From Balamuthia mandrillaris (Eukaryota), in assembly GCA_031835245.2 (NCBI GenBank), contig JAVKOQ020000057.1, positions 124,001-188,000 of the forward strand: DNA of 64,000 nucleotides, given 5' to 3'. Position 1 is the stretch's first letter, and each line of letters begins with the position of its first letter. The translations under genes and the position numbers were made by a program. Below the pieces are notes generated by a model, which had not been told where the DNA came from, searched no databases, and saw nothing but the letters and a program-made list of their open reading frames with translations. Below are positions 54,735-64,000 of this stretch, one piece after another.

Positions 54735-55658
54735 TCAGGGTTGGGCAGGTAACCACTGCTCACAGGCCTTCCATAAGCGCAGGAACGAGTCGTCCTTGCC
54801 CATCGCCATGACCCTTTCCCAATAGCTGGTGTCCGCCATCTTGGCCCACTGGAAGAAGGCCATCAGCACAAAATCAGCATAGGAAACCTGCGCTCCCATC
54901 ATGAAAGGTCCTTCTTTCTTGGTTGTCGCCGCTGCAGGGGTCAGCACGTCCGAGTAGATGGCCAGCTCCTGTTCCAACGCCTTCCACAGCGCCTCTTGGT
55001 CCTCCTTCAACCAGTCCTCCACGTCCTTGCCGAACCATTGGCGTCGGGTCCGTCTGAAGTGTTCCGCTCCTCTTTCGTCCAGGAACTTGGCCATCTTGGG
55101 CATCATTAGCGGCAAAGCAGCCGGCACCACACGCTTGGCCGCATGGTGGTTCACCATCTGAGCCAACGGCAATGCGCCAGCCCCTGGAAAGATGGTTGGA
55201 TAGTTACGGGCACCATTGGGGACAGCAGAAGAACCACAAGACGTGAAGGTCTTTTCGAGGTAGAGAGCAACAGGAAACGAGTCCTGTAGGACCACTGCAT
55301 CGTGGCGAATAGCAGGACAGGTATGGGTGCGACCCCGATGGTCGGTGGTCAGAGGCGGCACGCCAAGCTTGGTGAGGGTGGGCGCGATGTCAGGGTAGGA
55401 AAGCCAAGTGGTGGAGTGAGGGATGCCCTTGTAGTTGAGCACCATGCGAATGCGAGTGGTGAAAGGGGACCAGGAGGCCTTTGGCTGTAACGCGCTGTTG
55501 ATGTCAAAGAACTCGATGGAAGGGATTGCTATCTTTGGGGAAGAAGAAGAGGAGGAGGAGGCCAAGCAACGTTGTTGACCGGAACGAAAGAAGCTGTTCC
55601 CCGTGTGCAGAGGTATCCTGACACAAGGAGGGGCCGACCTCATCGCCGCATTGTGCAT
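54735..55658 (-). CDS. Fungal-type (GSTFuA / etherase-like) glutathione S-transferase, intronless
   Basis: IEFFDI...WSPFTTRIRMVLNYKGIPHSTTWLSYPDI, HTCPAI, DSFPVALYLEKTF, GPFMMGAQVSYADF. Confidence 0.88.
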   Translation of the reverse strand: MHNAAMRSAPPCVRIPLHTGNSFFRSGQQRCLASSSSSSSPKIAIPSIEFFDINSALQPKASWSPFTTRIRMVLNYKGIPHSTTWLSYPDIAPTLTKLGVPPLTTDHRGRTHTCPAIRHDAVVLQDSFPVALYLEKTFTSCGSSAVPNGARNYPTIFPGAGALPLAQMVNHHAAKRVVPAALPLMMPKMAKFLDERGAEHFRRTRRQWFGKDVEDWLKEDQEALWKALEQELAIYSDVLTPAAATTKKEGPFMMGAQVSYADFVLMAFFQWAKMADTSYWERVMAMGKDDSFLRLWKACEQWLPAQP

Positions 55659-55792
55659 GGCTTTCTTCTTCCCTGGTGCAAATAGGACCAACAATTTTCG
55701 TGACGACATGATAAATCACCGTGTCGTCATGAATATAATCCCGTGACGACCCGAAGTGTTGCAGAACAAAAAGAAAAAAAGAACACGTGGAG

Positions 55793-56650
55793 ATGGGAAA
55801 GGAGGAAACCAGCGAGGCGGCCCTGCTCTCCGCCCAACGGCAACGAAGGGGCAGCAAGGAGGTGGAGTACATCAACTTCAAGCGGCTGCTCTCTCGCTGC
55901 GAGCATCAGGTCAACGAGTTGCCCAGTACTGCACCTCCTTTGCAGCAGGCACGATTGCAAAAGGTTAACCCTTCCCAGCTTTCTTCTTCTGTGAAGTATG
56001 ATCCTGATCTGATCCAATTCGATTCACTCAAATAGTATTTAGAAGTGCTGACAAAGCAACTTGTGCACTTACAACGTTGTGAGGTGGAGGAGGCTGCTTC
56101 TGAAGAGGCGTCTCCACAAGCTGCAGCTCCTGCTACTACGCTTTTGGTTTCTTCTTCTGCTGATCGTTTGTTGTTGACAAGGAGGACGGACAAGGGGGAA
56201 GTACTCAATGCCGAGGTTCTAAAGTCTTTGGAGAAGAGGCTGCATAACCTTCAACAGGCCATCCACAGAAAGAACCTCCCTCAAGAGGTCGACATGCGTG
56301 CCATGTTGATGGACTTGCCTCTTCAAGCTTCTGCTTCTTCCTCCTCCAGTATTGATGCTGTGACAGCAAGCGCAAGCAGAAAAGAGGAAGAGAGAGAAAG
56401 CAAAGTGGAGTTGACAGCAACTACCAACGAAGAAAAAGAAAAGGAGAAGGAAACAAAAAAGGAGAATGAGAAAGAGAAAGAAGAGGAGACTGAAACAGAG
56501 GACGCGGGTGAATCTGAGGAAGAGAAAGAGGAAGAGAAAGATGGAGTGCAAGCACGGCGGCCAGCATCAGGACCATGGCCTAAGGGCGACGCCGAAGATG
56601 AAGGTGATAGTCTCGCGTCAACTGAGGGAGATGGTCTTCGGTACAGAGGG

Positions 56651-56692
<42 letters not shown>

Positions 56693-57294
56693 ATCTTTCG
56701 TCTCTCCCTTCTCTTTGCTTCTGTCTCACTTCTCTTCCCACCTCTTTGTCAACTCTTCTCCTTTCTGTTAGGAAAGACAAAAGCAAACGACAAGACAACA
56801 AAAAAGGAGGAGTATCTGCCTTCATCTCCTCTCTCAAGTCCAAACATCAACACCAAAAGCATATCGAACGCAAACTACTTCTCGACCAAAACGACGAAGA
56901 CTCTTCCGATGACGAGCTCTTCAAGGAGGAGTTAGACGGTTCCGCCTTCCAAAAGACTAGCGACGGCAGCGCTCTCAACCTGGAAGACCAAGTGGACCTC
57001 TTCGAGAGAGAGCGCGAGCAGTTGACCGGCGACATGGTCTCTATGGTGGGCAAGCTCAAGTACAACAGTTTGCGCGTGGAGGAGATCATTCGCAAGGACA
57101 ACTCCAAGCTGGAGGACCTGGACCACCTGACGGAGCTGAACCTGAAGAACATCAGCGGGGAGAACAAGAGCTTGGCAAAGCACAACAGCGGGGTCTCCTC
57201 GGCGACTTGTTGGTATTGGATCATCCTGTTGTTTGTGGCATTGATTTTCGTGTGGATGATCCTCCTGATGAAGATGTTTCCAAAGAGGAGATAA
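55793..57294 (+). CDS. USE1: ER Qc-SNARE Use1
   Basis: N-terminal INFKRLLSRCE; C-terminal SNARE helix EQLTGDMVSMVGKLKYNS...; TM ending MKMFPKRR. Confidence 0.88.
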
Positions 57295-57375
57295 ACTTTC
57301 AACGAATGTACAGAGAAGCAAAAAAAAAAGTCTGAGAAGAAAAGCTATCCTGAGTACATGATAAATACTTTGTGT

Positions 57376-60300
57376 TTACTGCATAGGCAAAATAGAAACA
57401 CGAAGTCCTGGCAACCAATGCTTGTGCTCATCCCCGTAGTACAAGTAGGCCGAGGAAGAGGGCCCTGTAAACGTTCCTGCCACGCTGGCCACCGCCTCCA
57501 CCCTTACCTCCTTCTGTTCTCCTGGTGCCAATGAACGCCAGTAGAGAACGAGCTCGCGGTTGCCGCCGCGAAGCTCAAAGAAAGAGATCTCTCCGCTTCG
57601 AACGAGTTCCTGCAATTGTTCGTACCGAGGCTCGAGGCCAGCGGGAATGCCGATGCGAGCTAATGCCATTCCGGTTCCTCCTTCTTGGTTCTTGTTGGCG
57701 AGGCGAACTTGGATAAAAGCGGTGTCGCCTTCAGGGAGAACGTGAAGAGGAGAAGGAGAAGAAGTAGAATCTGGAGAGATAAAAGAGGTGGAGAGGGAGA
57801 GTTGACATTGAGAGGAGGAAGGAGGGAGAGGAGAGAGGTGTTGGATGAGAATGGAGTAGGGGATGCCGCTAGAACAGGTCTCGCCATCTGGGTAATAAGA
57901 CAATTCCAACGTGTACTTTTGGTTTGGTTTGACTGGTTGAAGCACATCCTCTAATATTATGTTTTGTAAAGTAAGTCACCCGTCAAGAAAGACAGAAACA
58001 GAGAAGAAAGAGCTAACCAGGGAAGAATAACGGTTCCATCGTCTCCTTAGTAAAATGAAGTCGATGCACTTCCTCGCCATTCACTTTGAGCGCAACAGCA
58101 CCTCCGCAGGGAGAGCCTTTCGCGATGTCATACCTAATTATAGCCTTAAGGGCGAGAATGGTGCCTTGCGTGCTGCCAAACTTGCCATCCTTGCAGCGAG
58201 CCACCAACCACTTCATGCCTTCCTCCACATTCGCGCTGAACTCATCGTCTTCCATCCACACCAACAAAGCTAAACTCTGTTCAAAATCAAAATTAGTTTA
58301 GACTCTAACAAGCAAATAACCTAAAGACAAACCGTTGTTTCAATTAACAAAGAGTCACCGCAAGACATGGTAATAGAGGTCTTGGCGCCCACCACGCTTC
58401 CATCTGATGCATTTTGGTATTTGATGAGAGAGCGGGCCAATGACTTGGCCTCCTCTCTGTGACCCAAGTGGAAGAGAGAGCTAGCCACCAAGGCCAAGAA
58501 ATAAGGGTCTTCGGAAGAGCGAGCAAGTTCTTGCAGCTTATTTAGTTGTGGTCCTAGCAGATCTACTTTTACCCCTGCTGATGTTAATGCCCATACCGCG
58601 TAGGCACTTTTTTGTTTACGTAAATAAGACGAAACAACGAAGCAAGAAGAATGGAGTAAGTGTACTTGGTAATGTCTACTGGAGCGCGGCCGAAAGAGTC
58701 AAGAGCTTGTTCACTTCTTTTAAATCCTCCGTTGTCATCGTCTTTGATGGACAACAGCCATGCCTTTGTTCTCTCTATTAACGCCTGCATCCATAAAAAA
58801 AAGTAAGAAGGATGAAAGAGAGCTGGAAGGGGAGAGAGAGAGAGAGAGAGAGAGAGTAAGAGTTTGGATAGGGTCACGAAACAAACCTCAATGCCAGAAA
58901 GATTAGGCATGACGCTAGCCATCTCGACAAACTCCATGAGGCCATACGCAGAGAGGGCGTCATGTGGTGGCGTACTGCCAAACCATTCAAAGCCGTCCTC
59001 CTTCGTTTCAAAGCCCTGGAGCCTATCATATCCTTTTGATCGGAACGTATAAATATGGCTGAAGCAGAACAGAGACGTAACAAAAAAATAAAGAGTAAAA
59101 CCTTTTTCCAAAATATTAGTAGCTCGCGTGACCAAAGGCGGCGGAACATTGGAGTGCGTTTGGAAGTACTTGAGAGCGAGGATCAAGGGATAGATGGTGG
59201 AGCTGCTCTGTTCGAAGCAGCCATAAGGCTCACGTATGAGCGCCTCCAAAGCTTGCAGCAAGTTGGCTACAGGAGAAGGATAGATGCGAATCGAAGAACG
59301 GAATGATCTAACGTCACGTGGAAGTTCAAACGTTGATGTTGCTGCAGGTGTTGACGAGGAAATTGGCTTGAGCATTCCACCAGCGTGATGAGCTGTTGGA
59401 AAGCCCAATGGAACGACTTTGGCGTATCGTGTGACTTTATCATGATGCGACTGATCAGACATGGCACTCACCGAAATACCAAACGAAAAGGAATCAGGCG
59501 AATTCAACAACTCATTGGAAGAAGACGGTGAGGGTGAAAATGAGGAAGAAGTGGCGTTGCCAATGTCGATTTGAAGGAGCTGACGAGAACGCTGGCCAGA
59601 GTGGACGTTGACAGGAAGAAGATTTGCAGTGGCTCGAGGCATCGTTACAGATACTGGGAATGAAGAGGAAGGTAAAAGAAGAGAGGCCTCTGTCTTCACT
59701 CGAAGCGAGGAAGGGACCTCGTTGGCAATAGTAATGGGCACGATAATAGAGTCGCCTTCACTCACTTCGAATGGAAGTTTTATGTCCGCATAAAATGGTT
59801 TCTATGTGTTTGTATTTTGTTTCTTACATGAGAGAGAGAGAGAGAGACAACAGAAAATTTGTAACTAATACGGACCTTGGATTGGAAGAGGACATCAGTG
59901 CTGTTTATATCAGTTAAAGAAGAGGCCGTATCAAAGTGTAACCCATCGACCTGGATCCTAAAGGTGGTAATAGAATCGCTCAGAGTGAAGTTAAAGGTGT
60001 GCTCTCCAGAAGACATCTTGTTCCATGGCAGCCAATAGAGCGTCTCCGTGAAGTCAGAGCGCTCACTTCAAAATAACAAAGTCAATTGACATTGCCACAA
60101 AAACAAGAACAAAACTAAAAACAAATAAAACTAAACAACAAACCTATTTTGTTCCTTTCGTTGTGTTCTAATGTGGGCAAAAGCGCGTTGTGGATATGAA
60201 ACAACGGTCAGTGGTCGTACGTTGCTCCAACCATCTTCCGCTGCCGTAGTAGTCGTTACCTCGTCTTTTGCTTCCGCCTTTTCTCCTTCGGAAACACTTT

Positions 60301-62707
60301 CCACTGCAAATGCTAGGTTCTGTGCAATGTCAGCATCCTCCTCTAAAGCGCCTCTTCCCATATCTCTCATCGCTGCTCCTACCATAGCATCCATCATCAT
60401 CATTTCAGGAGCTCCTCCAGCCATGCCAAACATAGCCTCTGGCACCGCCTTGAACATCATGCGCCTATGCAGAGACGGAGGGGGTGGAGGCTCGTATCTC
60501 TCCTTTTGAGCAAACAGGCGTTCTGCTCTTGCTCTGTCTCTCTCGAAGAAGGTTACTGGATCCTCGAACACGAACTTTCTCCATCCTTGTGTTCCCAACA
60601 AAAGAGCCAGATTCCGGGATGCATTCTCCTTTCTCGCCACCGTTGTCTCAGCTTCGCGTTCTTCTTTCGATTTGGTCCAATCTATGGTTTCCACAGGAAG
60701 AAACGTGTTGGCATCTCCCAAGCGAGAAACTTCATCTTCCAAATACACCATCGCCGCCATTCGTGGTTGCCTTTGTCGCTTATCCACCATGTTGAGCGCT
60801 GCGTCATCCGTAACAACAACACTAAGAATGGCGTCTCGGGCCAGTCTTCCATTCTCATCTCTCGCCGTCACTTTCACGCTAACGTTCTCTCCCGGTGAGT
60901 AATGGCTCTTGTCGAGAGCTACATCGATGGCAAAGGCCTGTTCTCGCGGTTGTCTGAACAACAGTGTTTCTGCCTTGGCTACCCACCTCTTAACCTGTCG
61001 TTGTTTTTGAGGAATCTCTTTATCCGGGACTGTAAGTTGTTGGAGCTCAAAAGCAGTAACACGAAGGACACCCATGGGAGCAGAGGGCAGAGCAAAGCTG
61101 ATCTGATGCCGGCTATTTTGAGTGAAGCGCAGATAGTATGTAGCCAGCTCTCGCTCCTTTTGGAAGATGGATACTTTAACCTTTTGTGGTTTCTGGTAGA
61201 GTTCTATGACAACACAATAACAGAAATATAAGAAAAGCAAAAGAACAAACAAACACCAAATCCCAAAAAACAAACAAGGTAATTACCACTCGCGTCCCTT
61301 TTCCTGAGCGCAACGTCTACAACAGCGGGCTCCTCGTAGCCCAAAACTTTGTTTTTGGCGGTCAGCACAATGCCATCCTCTTCCACCTTTGGCAGGTCGA
61401 TGAACTTCTCGCGCAGTCCTCCCGGTTTGATCACTCGCAACTTGTAGGACATTCCAGCTTCTGGAACAAAGGAAAATAGCCCTCTGCCTTCATGGTCCGG
61501 GCGAATGCGATCTACTCCGTCAACCGTTTGTACATCATCATTCTCCTTTGACGCGACCACTAGCTCAGCTTCCAAGAGGTCCAAAGGATCGCCGGTGATG
61601 GGATTGGAGACCTGATAGTACACTTGATTGGGCCAGTCTGCCACCAAATATCCGCCTTCTGGATAAAAGTCGACCACGGCTCGTTGCAAGACGAGAGGAA
61701 TGGTCTTGGTTTTGGTTTCCAGCACTCCTCCATCGGAGACCACCGCCGACAGCGTTCCCGTTGGATCTTTTCCATCGTCACTGTTTTGGAAGCTGTCAGG
61801 AAGCTTGAAGGTGAAGCGAAAAGTGCCAGTGGAGGTATCCACTTGGAGTGGCGCTTCCTCGGGGGTAGAATAGACGAGCTGCCCGGAGATGTAAGCGCAA
61901 ATGCTCGCCGTGGCTGCAGAAGGAACGCCTCCTTCCCTTCGTCTCACGCGTCCCACGCCGGTCACAACGTCTCCTGGGCCATACCCTCCATTACCTTCTT
62001 CTTCTTCTCCTTCTCCTTCTCCTTCTGCTATCTTCCCTTCACCGTCGTCCCGCAGAAAGTGGAGGTCAATGTTCAAAGGAGAGGGTCTGTAGTCCCTAAT
62101 GGTGAAGTTGCGCTCCGCAGAGGGCAGCGAGGAGGAGTGGATGCGAAGCCGGTAGTCGCCGCCGGCCGTGCCAGCAGGGATCTGCCACACGTTGGAGTGG
62201 GCTGGCGTGCGGTCCTCGTCGTAATACTGCTGGTGGCGATACCACCGGCGCTCGTCCTCCTCTTCATCCTCCGGCTCAAAGTGCTGTGGGTCAAAGGAGT
62301 GAAGCACAGAGCCTTGGGGAGAGACGATCTCTGCCGTGTAGTAGGCGTCGATGGGCTCCTTGGTGAAGCTATCCAGCGCAAGCACTCGGAAGAACACTTG
62401 CTCGGTTGGTTTGTAGATCGGTTTATCTGTTGTTTGTTGAACAAAAAAAAATGATGAGAAGAAAAGAGAGGAAGGAAGAAAGGACAGGAAGGAAACCTGT
62501 GGAGATGTAGACGGCAGCCCTTTGGAAGCCTTGGTTGGGCGGGTAGAAGAACACCCGTGAGCCGTCCTCCTCCGGGTGGTCGTTGGCCTCGTCCCTGTTC
62601 TGACAAAACGCAATGGTGCTCAGCAGGACGAACATGCCAAAGCCCATGACCAGCCACATCTGCGTCTTCAACGTCATCGTAACCCCAAAACGGCGCAGCA
62701 CCGGCAT
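57376..62707 (-). CDS. Alpha-2-macroglobulin / thioester-containing protein, bacterial-type architecture, multi-exon
   Basis: TDKPIYKP (MG2), FYPEGG, LLLGTQGWRKF, FTETLYW...LSDSITTFRI, thioester EPYGCFEQ, FEWFG...LSAYGLMEF, STQGTILALKA, GMALARIGIPAG, SSAYLYY. Confidence 0.92.
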
Positions 62708-63122
62708 CCCCCTCCCCTTTCCTGCTTCAATATTTTTTTTTCTCTGTTGTTGTTGTTGTGGTTGTTGTGGTCTTCAAACAAATGGAAACGCGTTGGTATA
62801 ACCAAAAACTAACAATGAAATGGAAATGAATGAGTATTTATATATGTTGGAGGGGATCATGGGGTAGGGAGGCCGCCACGTAGAGCGGCAAACAGGCGTG
62901 GCCGAAACTTATTCGTTGGCTTTCTTTTTTCTTCTTGAAAACGGAGGGGCCCTCCGTTTGAAATTTTATTGGTGGAGAAATTTCAAAAATCAAAGAGGTG
63001 GACCTATCGCATGAGGACACGTATGGATCGATCGGATTAAGCCTATAGAAAATCAAAAACGCTGCTATCCGTTGTCACGTGGATTTGTTTTTTTTTTTGT
63101 TTTTTTTTTTTGGCTGCGTGGA

Positions 63123-64000
63123 TTAATGGGAGGTGCTGTAACGTTGGCGCATGTTCAACAACGTTCGTTTCTCTCCCATGCGAAGCAGAACCGCACATAA
63201 CTTTTTCCACTCTGCTTCTCCTCCTCCTCCGGTTTCTTCGTTCTTCTCCCGTTTGTCACATGTAGTCTTGCCTTTCTTCTCCTTCTTGTTGCCTCCTGCT
63301 TCTCGTTCGTTTGCCTTTCGATCCCTTTGCCGACTTTCCAACAACGACAACAGCTTTACATCCTCCTCGTAACTTGTCGTAAACACGTCTTTGCCGAGCA
63401 GCAACTCCGCCAACCGACAGAGAAACCGGTTCGTCTTTGCTTGAGCGTCTTGCAATTGCAACCCATTGCCTTCGTTCTCCTCCTCTCCAGCCATTAGCCG
63501 TTGATGCTTTCTCTCGATGGTGAACTCTCGTGCCGTCAAGAAATAAACGCGCAGCACCGTCAACAGGTTCCAAGAAACCTCTCCTGAAGGCCAAACATAG
63601 AATTCTCTGCAAAAAAGAGAAAAAGTAACGGAGAGAATCAAGCGAGGAAGATACGAGAGTAGAGATTAGAGTAAAGAGAAAAAACAAAGCAGAAGAATAG
63701 AGATAGAACGAAGAAGAGACGAGTACCCGAAGAGAAGACCAGCGTCGGTGAGGGCAGTGTCTTTTTCCTCCTTTAGAGGTATGGAAGATGAGCATAGCCA
63801 TTGCAAAGGGTCATCAAAGGTGTAAACATCTTCCTGATTGTCATTTAGCACAAAACCATACAAGTGCAACAACTGAGTATTGCCATGTTTGCCATAACAT
63901 ATAAATACCTTTATGAAGTACACGAGTTATAAAAGTTGGGAACATTAAAACTAAGTTTAAAAACGTCAACGATACAAAACTTGTTCTCCTTTTTTGAATG
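63123..64000 (-). CDS. SET-domain lysine methyltransferase (Rubisco LSMT/SETD3/SETD6-like), 5' part outside the window
   Basis: VFICYGKHGNTQLLHLYGFV, SWNLLTVLRV, TTSYEEDVKLL, AVLLRMGEKRTL. Confidence 0.85.

Noticed and set aside
55659..55709. ORF-track start for GST at 55709
   Set aside because: That ATG lies inside the promoter-like inverted motif; ATG 55658 follows an A-rich leader and is preferred.

Overview
Gene-dense eukaryotic window. Genes have short GT-AG introns, often filled with (AG)n, (AAAC)n or (AAAG)n microsatellites, and intergenic gaps are very short. The gene set (Frizzled/Smoothened-like GPCR, giant-virus-style F-box/ankyrin gene, bacterial-type thioester protein) suggests a free-living amoeba (Amoebozoa; inference). 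About 27 genes are supported: WDR20/CreC-like WD40, F-box proteins, 2OG-Fe(II) oxygenase, class-B DnaJ, a WH2/DFRxxL actin regulator, Spinster MFS, two tandem HPP proteins, CDC7, Fsl-type GPCR, Zim17/DNLZ, GRAM, two large surface proteins, TLC, mitochondrial G3P dehydrogenase, fungal-type GST, USE1, an alpha-2-macroglobulin/TEP and a SET methyltransferase. Highlights: (1) a decayed RAG1/Transib/Chapaev-type DDE transposase in a sharply CpG-depleted island, head-to-head with a frameshifted SAP-domain gene; (2) an intron-containing thioester protein with a GCFEQ motif; (3) a recurrent TGTCG(A/T)C motif just upstream of many genes; (4) a stand-alone USPL1-N-like zinc module; (5) an inverted relic of an F-box/SPRY gene end. 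Exon boundaries were read by eye and are approximate; no searches were run.
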